From: a virus
Lineage: Duplodnaviria; Caudoviricetes
Length of the DNA stretch: 64,000 nt
IMG/VR virus record: IMGVR_UViG_3300036797_000015
Coordinates: 9,826 to 73,825 of that record
Direction: 5' to 3' (one strand)
In this document: piece by piece, positions 26,392 through 35,959 of the stretch
How positions within the stretch are numbered: position 1 is the stretch's first letter
Layout of the letters: each line of letters opens with the position of its first letter
Made by a program: the position numbers and the translations under genes
The notes under the pieces: model-generated
What the model was told of the DNA's origin: nothing
Databases searched by the model: none
Seen by the model: the letters and a program-made list of their open reading frames with translations, nothing else

Positions 26392-26715
26392 GTGTCTTGG
26401 ACAATTGACGGAATCATGCTCGCACTCGTGGTCCTATTGTGGCTATGGCTGCGCGACCAGTTTCACCACCAAAACAGGAAGTTGGATCATATCATGACCG
26501 CTGTACAGGTTGAGCAGGAAGAGCTGGACACCGTAGCTGCCTCTGTTGAGGACATTGCTGTAGCGATCAGCAATCTCCCGCCTGAGTCACTGCCCGCTGG
26601 CGTGCTCGATGGCATCAACAAGAGTCTGGCAGACGCCCAGGCCGCAATCTCAGCCAAGACGCCAGAGGTACCTACGCCTGTGGCAGATTCGCTGGCCAAG
26701 AAGCATCATGGCTAA
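26392..26715 (+). CDS. Single-TM coiled-coil membrane protein
   Basis: MLALVVLLWLWLR then heptads; start GTG 26392 or ATG 26416. Confidence 0.7.
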   Translation: MSWTIDGIMLALVVLLWLWLRDQFHHQNRKLDHIMTAVQVEQEELDTVAASVEDIAVAISNLPPESLPAGVLDGINKSLADAQAAISAKTPEVPTPVADSLAKKHHG

Positions 26716-26824
26716 GCCCAAACCGAAGCTGCCCAAGAAGGTGCTCAAGAAGGCCAAGCGCAATTTCAAGCGTTCTGGCTTGGGTGCTAAGGCGCAGCTC
26801 AAAGGCAAACAAAAGGCATACTGA
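26708..26824 (+). CDS. 38-aa Lys-rich peptide
   Basis: 13 K, 2 R, no D/E; coupled to the next gene. Confidence 0.65.
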   Translation: MAKPKPKLPKKVLKKAKRNFKRSGLGAKAQLKGKQKAY

Positions 26825-27342
26825 TGGCTAGGTCAGCAAAGCAGCGCGCACAGTCAAAGCTAAATGGCGCGAAGCACAGAGGCCATACTGCCAAGCAATT
26901 TCGTGCTGTTGGCAATCAGCTTTCACAGCATGGTATGGGTAGCTCAGCCAAGCAGAGACGCAACACTGCTCGTTACATGCGACCCAGTTTCGGTCCTGAT
27001 GGTCGTATGACCCAAATCAATCGCACTCCTGAGCAACGTGCTGCTGGTGTTCATAGAGGTGCGAGTATGGGGCACGTAACATTCCCTGTAGCTCGTGGAG
27101 CTAGTGAAGAGTTCCATGTTTACCACCAACCATTGTACGGTGGTAGCAAGAATGTGCGTGGCGTTTGGCAAGCAGGCTCAAAGACTTTGATGTCTAATGG
27201 GGCAGCTATACATAGTCGTGTCGGTGGCCCAACCACCAGTAGACGTGGCGCAGAAATGATAGCACGTAACGCGGCTGCAGCAAGCAAAGCTGCTGCTTCG
27301 CATATCAATGATGCTAAGCGTGCTGGGATTAGGGGCAGATGA
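26824..27342 (+). CDS. Highly basic protein (array member)
   Basis: MARSAKQRAQSK...; TGATG coupling. Confidence 0.75.
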   Translation: MARSAKQRAQSKLNGAKHRGHTAKQFRAVGNQLSQHGMGSSAKQRRNTARYMRPSFGPDGRMTQINRTPEQRAAGVHRGASMGHVTFPVARGASEEFHVYHQPLYGGSKNVRGVWQAGSKTLMSNGAAIHSRVGGPTTSRRGAEMIARNAAAASKAAASHINDAKRAGIRGR

Positions 27343-27617
27343 TGGCCAAGAAGACAAAGAACTTTCGCAACGTAATTGGTGGGCAGAGTCCTGCTGGTGT
27401 AGGTGCCACAGCCGGTCTGAACCGTAACCCGTTTGGCAAATACGGCAAGACCAAATACCCGCAGAACCAGGGCACAACTGGGCGTAGTGCGCGCAAACCG
27501 CAGGTGCCAGCGCCGACAGATGGCTATGGTATCAAGGTACAGAAGGCAAATACCAAGTCTGCGGTGACTATGGGCACACCCAAGATGCGTACACTCGACA
27601 AAGAGCTGGGGTGCTGA
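27339..27617 (+). CDS. Highly basic protein (array member)
   Basis: K/G/T-rich; ATGA coupling. Confidence 0.75.
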   Translation: MMAKKTKNFRNVIGGQSPAGVGATAGLNRNPFGKYGKTKYPQNQGTTGRSARKPQVPAPTDGYGIKVQKANTKSAVTMGTPKMRTLDKELGC

Positions 27618-27618
27618 A

Positions 27619-27828
27619 ATGGGCCTACCAAAGCCAAAGAAGCTGAGCAGCTCAGTGGACGATGCTGTAGCTCGGGCGCTAGCGCGTGGCGGGAAGCGTA
27701 ACCCAAACGCAAATACGGTGCCTGCCGGCAAGATGTGGAACAACTTCAATGAGCTTAGTGGGTTTCGTGGCCCCAGCAAGCCAAAGAAGCCGCACACGAA
27801 TCTGAATGGTAGGCCGATCAATGGCTAA
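27619..27828 (+). CDS. Highly basic protein (array member)
   Basis: K/P/G/N-rich. Confidence 0.7.
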   Translation: MGLPKPKKLSSSVDDAVARALARGGKRNPNANTVPAGKMWNNFNELSGFRGPSKPKKPHTNLNGRPING

Positions 27829-28189
27829 GTTTACCAAGCAGTTCAACAAGGAGCTGGACAAGCAGACCAAAGGCGTATCTGGCAGCCAGTATCTGCTTGG
27901 CGCTAGTACAAGCGTTGGTAAGCAGACGTTCATCCCTTCAATGAGCAACAACTTTGAAGAGAACATCGTTGAGGGCTTGGAGAAGCTACAGGGCACGAAG
28001 CCCAAACTGATGAAGGCAGGCGGTAACAAACACCTGTCTGCGCCAAAGACCAAAGCTAACAAGATGGTTACGCCAGCGACACATACGCAGAATAATGTAT
28101 CGATGGTTGGGGACAACGTGAAAGTGAAGACCCCAAGATCAGGCGTTGGTAGAATTTTTAGACGAGGCACTCACGGGAGGTTCGCATAA
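27821..28189 (+). CDS. Highly basic protein (array member)
   Basis: MAKFTKQFNK...; K-rich. Confidence 0.75.
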   Translation: MAKFTKQFNKELDKQTKGVSGSQYLLGASTSVGKQTFIPSMSNNFEENIVEGLEKLQGTKPKLMKAGGNKHLSAPKTKANKMVTPATHTQNNVSMVGDNVKVKTPRSGVGRIFRRGTHGRFA

Positions 28190-28605
28190 TGGCACGTGGA
28201 GGATCTGGTGGTCGCCGAGGTGGCGGTCGCGGGCGTGGTAACGGTAGTACCGCTGCTGGCGGTGCTGCGGGCTTTCCAGCTGGAGCGCAGGGCACGCGGA
28301 CTAGCTTCGCTCAGTCTGGCGGCAAAGCAAACAGCTTCCAGGGTGGTAAGGGCGGTGGTGCGTGGCAGTCGCCTGGAGGTGGCGCTAAGGGCACCAAAAC
28401 CAAGGGCAAGTCTCAGTTTGGCAACTCTACGCCATTTAACATCCGCAATGCGGGTGGGGATGGTACGCTAATCCCAGGTGCGCACGGAGGCGCTGGGCGT
28501 TTGAATCTGCCAGGCAGTAACGCCAAGGGTAACAAGGGCAGGACGAACACCAGTATCGTCAAGCCTCACCAGTTGGCGCCCAAAGGATTTGGTGGTGGCT
28601 ACTAA
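28189..28605 (+). CDS. Gly/Arg/Lys-rich low-complexity protein (array member)
   Basis: MARGGSGGRRGGGRGRG, RGG-like. Confidence 0.75.
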   Translation: MARGGSGGRRGGGRGRGNGSTAAGGAAGFPAGAQGTRTSFAQSGGKANSFQGGKGGGAWQSPGGGAKGTKTKGKSQFGNSTPFNIRNAGGDGTLIPGAHGGAGRLNLPGSNAKGNKGRTNTSIVKPHQLAPKGFGGGY

Positions 28606-28970
28606 TGGCGCGCAATCGCAGCATGGGCTTTAGCAAAAAGGGCACTGGCACGCCGAGCCGTTTGGGTGGTAGGATAGCACGACGTATCCTCAACCCTTGG
28701 GGCGACAATATGCGCCAGGGTCGACTTGCGCCATTGACTGGTACGACTACCGCACGTAACCGCGCATCTGGTAGCTCACGTAAAGCTCAGCAGATTGACC
28801 CCAGTCGTCTGAGCATGAGTTATCCTGCCAATGACCCGGCGCAGTGGCCTGTTATCCCTGACCCCACTACTGGGCGACGTGGTAACCCAAGTACAAATAC
28901 GCAGGCGAAAGCAGACCGGAACAATGCGGCGGTGAACCACGCGTATCTGCGCACTACTGGTCTGAGCTAG
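28605..28970 (+). CDS. Arg-rich protein (array member)
   Basis: TAATG coupling; R/G/T/P-rich. Confidence 0.75.
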   Translation: MARNRSMGFSKKGTGTPSRLGGRIARRILNPWGDNMRQGRLAPLTGTTTARNRASGSSRKAQQIDPSRLSMSYPANDPAQWPVIPDPTTGRRGNPSTNTQAKADRNNAAVNHAYLRTTGLS

Positions 28971-28986
28971 TAGAGCGCACCGTAAA

Positions 28987-30234
28987 GTGTCACGCACTTA
29001 CATACGCGACTGGCGGGGCAGATTCGCCCGCACAGGTTCTGTTCGTGTTCGTAAGGTCCACAGGCCCACAGTACGCAAGCCTAAACTGCGCAGGCCTAGC
29101 TTTGAACCAGGCATCATCCAGATTGGGCGCACCAAAGACCCGCTGACCTGGGACCAGATTAAGGGCACAAACGCAAAGCGCGATGGGCGAATACTCTGGC
29201 GTCTCAAGAAGGACGGCGACATCCAGACTGAGGACGAGTTTGTCAAGAAGGCAGACCAGCTTCACAGGTTGTATCGAAAGGCGCACCCCAATGACAAGAA
29301 CTTCGCCACCAAGAACTCAATTTGTAACGCAGCCTTACGGCAGGAATTTGACGAAACGGGCAAAGTCAAGCCTTTACCAGTACCTGGCCACACTGAAAAA
29401 GCAGGACCAAGCACTCCTGCACCCAAAAAAGAAGTAGGCAAGACGCCAGGCGGCATGAAACTGCTGGAGAAGTACAAGCCAGACCCCAAAAAGAAGTACC
29501 ACATATTCGGCAAGAACCACCCGCTTGACTCGGATCTGGACTACAAGAAGGCGCAAGACGAGGGTGACAAGGCCGAGATTGCTTTCTTGAAGGGTAAGGT
29601 CAAGTATTATCGTGCTCAGCAGCGAGATAAGCGATCTGCACATACGGCTCCATACGGTGCGTACATAAAAGATGTTGAAGAGCGCATAGACGAGCTTGAG
29701 AACCCAGAACTACACACTGACAAAGAGTTTCTGGAGGGTTTGTATGGTAAAGACGACCCCAAAGAGCAGGCCGCACGCGAAAAGGCCAGGCAGGAACGCA
29801 TAGCGAAGCGTGAAGCCAAGCGTTTGGGCGAGATCACTTACAAGAACCAGCCTGCCTTTGAGATACGCACTCGTGTTCGCCAGCTAACCAAAGAGCTTGG
29901 CGATAGTATGGACGGCTTTTTCAAGTATGCACAAAAGCTTGAGGCCAAAGACCCCAATTTCGACATGTCCCCAGACTACATTAAGCGTCGGCACGATATC
30001 CGCCAGCGCAATGACCAGATTATGGGTGACCTTGGGCGGCTTGAGCAAAAGCTGAATACCATGGAGCCAGATACGAGCGAGAGTATCAAGGACGCAAAAG
30101 ACATTGCGGACCTTATACGCATTATGCAGAACCGCCACCCCAGCGTAGACGTGTCCACTGACTTTGTGACTAGCATTCCTGCGGCTAAAGCTGAGTTCAT
30201 GAGCAAGTACAAATACGATGTTACTCGTGTATAG
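28987..30234 (+). CDS. Hypothetical protein with basic N-terminus (RDWRGRF) and helical body
   Basis: 415-aa ORF. Confidence 0.75.
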   Translation: MSRTYIRDWRGRFARTGSVRVRKVHRPTVRKPKLRRPSFEPGIIQIGRTKDPLTWDQIKGTNAKRDGRILWRLKKDGDIQTEDEFVKKADQLHRLYRKAHPNDKNFATKNSICNAALRQEFDETGKVKPLPVPGHTEKAGPSTPAPKKEVGKTPGGMKLLEKYKPDPKKKYHIFGKNHPLDSDLDYKKAQDEGDKAEIAFLKGKVKYYRAQQRDKRSAHTAPYGAYIKDVEERIDELENPELHTDKEFLEGLYGKDDPKEQAAREKARQERIAKREAKRLGEITYKNQPAFEIRTRVRQLTKELGDSMDGFFKYAQKLEAKDPNFDMSPDYIKRRHDIRQRNDQIMGDLGRLEQKLNTMEPDTSESIKDAKDIADLIRIMQNRHPSVDVSTDFVTSIPAAKAEFMSKYKYDVTRV

Positions 30235-30240
30235 CGTATC

Positions 30241-30924
30241 ATGCATAATGACGACTCAATTTTGGCTGCCATGAAGGGCAGTTTCGCTGGTATCGAACAG
30301 CAGATGGACCGGTACCCCAAACTGAAGATCGACGCGATCACTGATCAGGTTGGCGCTACTAACCAAATAGAGAAGACACGCGTGGGCGCTAGCTGTAGTC
30401 GTGGCTTTACCATTAAGCTGAATGTTAACCCGTTCGCAGTAGCAAATCCAAAGCGTGTACACGATAACACTGCTAACAATGACCAAACGCACTGGCACCC
30501 ATATGGAACGGAAGCGAATGTGTACCAGTTCAATACCATACACGAGTTTGGCCACGCAGTCGATTGGCGCGCCTTTGTCTGGGAGCAGGACAAGAAAGAT
30601 GGCTATCTGGATATAGATAAGAACAACCAGAAGCGACATGCTGCTATTATGAAGGTGTTGTACAAAGAATACTCTGATGCCAATGATGGCAATAAACCTA
30701 GTGGTGAAAATGAATTGCTTGTTTGGATAAAAGCCAAAAAGCAGGTTAGCGCGTATTCTTGGGAACGTAATGACAAAGGTGAGCTAACGGGGCAGCTACA
30801 GGACGACGAGTTGCTAGCTGAAGCGTGGGGTGCGTGCGAGTTTGGGGCAGGTAGGCCAACGAAAGTGGAATTGGCCTTACACAACCTTATGTGGGAGGGG
30901 CTGAAGAAGCATGGACTTACTTGA
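30241..30924 (+). CDS. Zincin-like metallopeptidase domain protein
   Basis: HEFGH (HExxH), then VSAYS...ELLAEAW third-ligand region. Confidence 0.7.
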   Translation: MHNDDSILAAMKGSFAGIEQQMDRYPKLKIDAITDQVGATNQIEKTRVGASCSRGFTIKLNVNPFAVANPKRVHDNTANNDQTHWHPYGTEANVYQFNTIHEFGHAVDWRAFVWEQDKKDGYLDIDKNNQKRHAAIMKVLYKEYSDANDGNKPSGENELLVWIKAKKQVSAYSWERNDKGELTGQLQDDELLAEAWGACEFGAGRPTKVELALHNLMWEGLKKHGLT

Positions 30925-31105
30925 GCGATATGAAGCTGCTATGGCCAGCCCCAGCCCAGACATAGAAACGCACCAAGGCTTTAACATGAATACTGTCTGC
31001 GCGATGACCAAAGCCAAATACGACCCAACGGCTGAGAATCTGGCGGCAGCGCGTAAGGCTATACAAGACCAGATTGATGGCGTGGACCCGTATGAGTTTG
31101 AATAA
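30911..31105 (+). CDS. Hypothetical protein
   Basis: Overlaps both neighbours. Confidence 0.65.
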   Translation: MDLLERYEAAMASPSPDIETHQGFNMNTVCAMTKAKYDPTAENLAAARKAIQDQIDGVDPYEFE

Positions 31106-32732
31106 CCACGTCCTGCTTGACCCATGGGACATCTACGAGTCTGAGCACGTAGATTGGCACCCACACCCGGGCCAGGTACATGTTCTTGACTCCCCAGCGC
31201 GACACCGAGTATGGTGCGCTGGACGACGTACAGGGAAGTCTGAGCTAGGTGGGCATATCCTACTGCCGGAGGTATTCTACACAAAGTCGGTGGCCGAGGA
31301 ATGGCGCAAGAAGGGCAAACGTCGTGAGTTCTGGATAGTAGGAGATGAATATGTTACTGCCGATAAGGAGTTTCGCGTTATCTGGAACCTCGTTAAGCAT
31401 CTTGGAATCCCCATGGATTCAGGGTCCCACCACTCTATCGATGGTAGAAGCCAGGGCGTGCTCTCACTCTGGGATAACGCCTTCATGGTCACCACTCAGT
31501 CAGCGAAGTATCCTGAGAACCTGGTCGGTGAGGCACTCTGCGGGGTGCTGATGGTTGAGGCAGCTAAGAGTAAGCCATCAACGTGGCAGAAGTATGTTCG
31601 CCCAATGCTCAACGACTATAAGGGCTGGAGCATACACACGTCCACCCCAGAAGGCAAGAACCACTTCTGGGAGAAGTACAATATGGGGCAGGACCCATAC
31701 CAGCCAGATTGGGCATCATGGAGAATGCCTGCTTGGCGTAATCCATTTGTCTACACGGAGACCACAAACGACCAGCACGTCAAATTCCTACTCGACCAAC
31801 TTGAGACACACGCAGGTACGAGCGCGGCGAAGATAGCTGCTGTCAACGGTCTACAGATTGACCCTGAGATTTTGTCCCTTGCGGACGAACTAACCATCGA
31901 ACTCTTCAAACAAGAGGTGTTCGCAGACTTTACCGAGTTTGTAGGGCAGGTGTTCAAAGACTATGATGAAGAATATCATGTCAGTGACCTTGAGTTCAAC
32001 CCCGACTGGCTCACGTTTGCTGCTGTTGACTACGGATTTACCAATCCCAACGTTTGGCTACTCATTCAGGTGGGTCCCTGGGGTGAGATTAACGTGCTGG
32101 ATGAGATCTACGAGCCAGGACTCACAGCGGATCAATTTGCTGAGGAAATTAAACGACGAGGCCTCAACCCTCCGCAGCTCAGAGTATTCTATCCCGACCC
32201 AGCTGACCCAATGTCAAGTCAAACACTCCAGGATAAACTGAAAGTTGCCTCGATGGGAGGCACTGGCGGGGAATTGAATGTGCGTATCAATTTGATCCGC
32301 GCTGCGCTTCGTGAAGGTCGTCGTGATTACGGTGCCTTGACAGATTCAAACGCAGAGGTATGGCGTCCGCGCCTTCAGTTCAACAGGCGTTGTATCCATA
32401 CGCGTGAGGATATGATGGCGTACCGTTATCCTGAGCGTAAGGAAGACCAAGAGACCAGCGTTCCACGTATGGAACTGCCAATGAAGAAGGACGATCATGG
32501 GCCTGAAGCTCTGGGCAGGTTTATGGTTGGCTACTTTGGGCCTGCCTCTCTTCTTGGTGCGGGTGGTACCAGAGTTACCAGAGCGAACATGGGCCGCCAC
32601 ACTCGTTCCCGCGCTAATGCTCAGCGTGGTAAGCCTATTAGTGCTATGCGGCCCACCCCGCGAGGTTACCCAGACTGGAAAGACAAACTACAGCCGGGTG
32701 CGTACGGCATTGTCACGAATGAGGAGTGGTAG
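31092..32732 (+). CDS. Terminase large subunit
   Basis: CAGRRTGKS Walker A, STPEG motif III, AVDYG nuclease, KDDHGPEA. Confidence 0.95.
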   Translation: MSLNNHVLLDPWDIYESEHVDWHPHPGQVHVLDSPARHRVWCAGRRTGKSELGGHILLPEVFYTKSVAEEWRKKGKRREFWIVGDEYVTADKEFRVIWNLVKHLGIPMDSGSHHSIDGRSQGVLSLWDNAFMVTTQSAKYPENLVGEALCGVLMVEAAKSKPSTWQKYVRPMLNDYKGWSIHTSTPEGKNHFWEKYNMGQDPYQPDWASWRMPAWRNPFVYTETTNDQHVKFLLDQLETHAGTSAAKIAAVNGLQIDPEILSLADELTIELFKQEVFADFTEFVGQVFKDYDEEYHVSDLEFNPDWLTFAAVDYGFTNPNVWLLIQVGPWGEINVLDEIYEPGLTADQFAEEIKRRGLNPPQLRVFYPDPADPMSSQTLQDKLKVASMGGTGGELNVRINLIRAALREGRRDYGALTDSNAEVWRPRLQFNRRCIHTREDMMAYRYPERKEDQETSVPRMELPMKKDDHGPEALGRFMVGYFGPASLLGAGGTRVTRANMGRHTRSRANAQRGKPISAMRPTPRGYPDWKDKLQPGAYGIVTNEEW

Positions 32733-34390
32733 TGCCAATTGATGCCAGGCAGTATGACTCTGCTATCGACTTTATCGAGCATGACCGCGAGTTCAGCAAA
32801 CTCGTTGGTAACCTAACCAACAACGACGATAAAGCACGCATCAAAGCGTATGAGCTGTATGAAGACTTCTACCATAACCGGCCTGAGCATATTCGCGTCA
32901 CGCTTCGTGGCGAGGATGACGACTCTGTAGAGATTTACGTGCCGAGCCTCAAGAAGTATGTAGAGGCTATCAACAGATTCCTTGCGGTCAACTTTCAATA
33001 CTACATCGACCCAGACGGATCTGGCAACGCAGACGAGCAAGCCAACGTCGACAACGCGCTAGCGACTTTGTTTAAGAACGAAAAGGTGCTTGCCAAGTTC
33101 AACAAGATGAAGCGTTACATGCTCATGAAAGGTGACGCTTGCTTCCATGTTGTCGGATTGCCGTGGGAAAGGCCAGGTAAACGTGTCAAGATATATGAGC
33201 TTAAGCCTGAGCACTACTTTCCCATCGAAGATCCTGTTACAGGGCACGTCATGGGGGCTCACATTGTCGACATCATCGGTAATCCGCGCAACACTCCTAG
33301 CACTCAGCGTTACACCGGTGATTTCTTGGTACGTCGCCAAACATATAGACGAATGGTCAACGAGGATACAAACCTCCCGACTGGTGCGATCACTTCGGAA
33401 CTTTCCCTTTGGGAAATTGGACGTTGGGACGACCGTCTACCTATTCCCCTGAGGACACAAAGCCTGAGTCTGGTAGACATGATTCAGGAAGAGCACGAAC
33501 TACCCAAAGAGATCACGCAGATCCCTGTGTTCCATTGGGCCCATAACTCCCCACCCAATAGCACTTTCGGCATGAGTGTAGCGGCGGGTATCGAATCCAT
33601 CCTGTCTGCTATCAACCAAGCAATGTCTGATGAAGACTTGACTCTGATCACTCAGGGTCTAGGTGTGTACTGGACCGATGCCTCACCGCCTGTTGATGAA
33701 TTCGGGAATGAGACTGAGTGGGAAATTGGCCCAGGCGCAGTGGTCCGAGTAGGGGCAGGCGGCAATTTCAACCGCGTGTCAGGTGTGAGTTCTGTTAGTC
33801 CCTACTTGGACCACGTTAAGCAGCTTGATGAGTTTGCGCAGCAGGGTCTTGGCGTGCCTGATATCGCTATTGGTATGGTAGACGTACAGACTGCCGAATC
33901 TGGTATCGCACTACAGCTCAAATTCGGGCCGATGCTTGCGGCGAATGCTGAGACTGAACTCACGATGGTCGATACTACAGATGACTTCTTGAGCAGCCTA
34001 GTCAACGGGTTCATCCCTGCCTATGAGAAGGTGCCGAACAACGGGCAGATAGAGGCGACGACGCAGTTTGACGACGCGATGCCGAAGAACCAGGATCAGG
34101 AACTTACGAATATCCTGTCAATTTGGCAGCAGACCGAGGGTGTGACAGGCGTCGAGTGGCTATACACGCAGCTGAATGATATCATGGGCTATGAACTTGA
34201 CTACAACAGTGACTTTGATACCGCTGTTGAGGACATGACTAAGATTGCTGGAGCTGCTGGAGGCCCAACCATGATGGGCGGTGGCCCGAATGGCTCTGAC
34301 TTTGCTAACCAACTAGACCAACAGCTCGGCGATAGCCAGAACGCTGGCTTGAACGGTAACAAGTACGACTTCTCTAGCATGAATGGGTGA
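32726..34390 (+). CDS. Portal protein
   Basis: 554 aa after TerL; AESGIALQLKF motif. Confidence 0.85.
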   Translation: MVVPIDARQYDSAIDFIEHDREFSKLVGNLTNNDDKARIKAYELYEDFYHNRPEHIRVTLRGEDDDSVEIYVPSLKKYVEAINRFLAVNFQYYIDPDGSGNADEQANVDNALATLFKNEKVLAKFNKMKRYMLMKGDACFHVVGLPWERPGKRVKIYELKPEHYFPIEDPVTGHVMGAHIVDIIGNPRNTPSTQRYTGDFLVRRQTYRRMVNEDTNLPTGAITSELSLWEIGRWDDRLPIPLRTQSLSLVDMIQEEHELPKEITQIPVFHWAHNSPPNSTFGMSVAAGIESILSAINQAMSDEDLTLITQGLGVYWTDASPPVDEFGNETEWEIGPGAVVRVGAGGNFNRVSGVSSVSPYLDHVKQLDEFAQQGLGVPDIAIGMVDVQTAESGIALQLKFGPMLAANAETELTMVDTTDDFLSSLVNGFIPAYEKVPNNGQIEATTQFDDAMPKNQDQELTNILSIWQQTEGVTGVEWLYTQLNDIMGYELDYNSDFDTAVEDMTKIAGAAGGPTMMGGGPNGSDFANQLDQQLGDSQNAGLNGNKYDFSSMNG

Positions 34391-35127
34391 AAATGGCAAT
34401 CCATGTAGTGATCCACGAAGTAAAGGACCCACGTCTCAAGAGGTTCGTTGAACACGACGACCGTAGCCGGGCATTTGCTTTTGAGGAAACCACTGAAGAC
34501 CGCACCATCTTTTGGGATGACGCTGCGCCTATCCTAGACCAGAAGCAAGTTGGTGGGTGTGTAGGTTTCACTGGTGCGGATTTGTTCAACACGGCCATGT
34601 TCGCGCCACTCCGTAAGGCTAAGAACGGTGGTCAATTCTTCAACAACAAGGATGGCATGTTCTTTTACTCGCAGGCCACCAAGAATGACAACGTCAAAGG
34701 CGTCTACCCGCCAGATGACACTGGCTCGTCGGGTCTGGGGCTTGCCAAGGCACTCAAGAAGCTTGGTGATTGTGATGGCTACAAGCACTGCTTCTCGTGG
34801 AATAGCTATCTGAATGCTATCCAGACTCAGCCGGTCGCGGTTGGTACGCTTTGGACAAACTCGATGTTCAATCCAGACCACAATGGCGTGCTACACGTAG
34901 GTGCGTTGACAGATAGCAATATCGCCGGCGGGCACGAGTACATGATTCGCGGTCGCAATGCTGACACGCACTTGAATTTGATGCGCAACCACTGGAATGC
35001 TTCGTGGTCGCCTAGCAAGAATGGCCCGAAAGTGCCAGGTGAGGCTTGGATCACCGACGACGACCTCAAACTGCTTTTGAAGAACCAAGGTGATGTAACA
35101 GTGATACATGGAAGTGGGTTGCCCTGA
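34387..35127 (+). CDS. Papain-like (C1) cysteine peptidase
   Basis: LDQKQVGGCVGF (Q..C), AGGHEY (H), MRNHW (N). Confidence 0.8.
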   Translation: MKMAIHVVIHEVKDPRLKRFVEHDDRSRAFAFEETTEDRTIFWDDAAPILDQKQVGGCVGFTGADLFNTAMFAPLRKAKNGGQFFNNKDGMFFYSQATKNDNVKGVYPPDDTGSSGLGLAKALKKLGDCDGYKHCFSWNSYLNAIQTQPVAVGTLWTNSMFNPDHNGVLHVGALTDSNIAGGHEYMIRGRNADTHLNLMRNHWNASWSPSKNGPKVPGEAWITDDDLKLLLKNQGDVTVIHGSGLP

Positions 35128-35306
35128 TGGCTCCGTTAGTTGTTGGTATTATTCTGCTGGTTTTGATCTATGTGCTACCAGTTCCGTATGTGTTATGGCT
35201 GATCGGCATGATCGTTGGCATCGTGCTTATCCTGTATGGGCTTTGGGTGCTGTTCAATGGCTACCGCTCGCGTGGTGTCGGGCCGTCAGGCAGGAGATGG
35301 TGGTAG
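35127..35306 (+). CDS. 59-aa two-TM membrane protein (DUF6131-like)
   Basis: MAPLVVGIILLVLIYVLPVPYVLWLIGMIVGIVLILYGLW...GRRWW; TGATG coupling; not in the ORF track. Confidence 0.7.
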   Translation: MAPLVVGIILLVLIYVLPVPYVLWLIGMIVGIVLILYGLWVLFNGYRSRGVGPSGRRWW

Positions 35307-35579
35307 ATGCGGAAGAAGCATGGGCGACATTATCCACCTGGAGTCATACCGGGCCAGCCGGCAGCCGGGCACAAAGCGTTTGCGTCCAAAGCCCAGCAAA
35401 GGTTGTTCTTCGCTAACCCAAAACTTAGGCGTTGGGCCTTGGGCAAAGCACATGCCACAGGCGAACACCACGAACTTGGCAAAGCCAGCGCAGCACGGTA
35501 TCGTGCTTTACCTGACCGCAAGGGAAGCACTTATAAACGAGTGCCCCTCCACCCTGCGCTTAAGGGCAGACGAGCTTAA
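35307..35579 (+). CDS. Small basic protein
   Basis: AFASKAQQRLFFANPKLRRWA; coupled at both ends. Confidence 0.7.
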   Translation: MRKKHGRHYPPGVIPGQPAAGHKAFASKAQQRLFFANPKLRRWALGKAHATGEHHELGKASAARYRALPDRKGSTYKRVPLHPALKGRRA

Positions 35580-35959
35580 TGCCATGGGCCAAAATGGATC
35601 TGAAGGAAGTGTTCCCAAAGACGTTTGGACCGCACCATGAATCTGAACTACGTGATCTCGCAGCCACGGCGATGCCAGAAGAGGCCTGTGGGATCATCTA
35701 TAGTCATGGAATCATTGTACAGTATCCCAACACGTTCGTGGGGGATAAGTGCCACGGATGGAACATGGATGTTTCATACTCCGATGACATCAGATGTATT
35801 TGGCACTCCCACCCCAACGGCTTACAAGAGCCCAGCCGCGATGACATGCCGCTCATTAGGGGAATGGCAGAGGCAGGCTTTCCATTCCACCATGTCATCG
35901 TTACGCTTGCTGGAGTGTTCGAGTATGAGGTCTACCTAGATGGTTCACCCGTTAGCTGA
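35579..35959 (+). CDS. JAB/MPN (Mov34) metalloprotease-like protein
   Basis: PEEACG..WHSHPNGLQEPSRDD. Confidence 0.85.
   Translation: MPWAKMDLKEVFPKTFGPHHESELRDLAATAMPEEACGIIYSHGIIVQYPNTFVGDKCHGWNMDVSYSDDIRCIWHSHPNGLQEPSRDDMPLIRGMAEAGFPFHHVIVTLAGVFEYEVYLDGSPVS

Noticed and set aside
31530-31570. Inactive terminase because Walker B reads VLMVEAA
   Set aside because: Catalytic Glu retained. As I recall, non-Asp residues at this position occur in other actinophage terminases.
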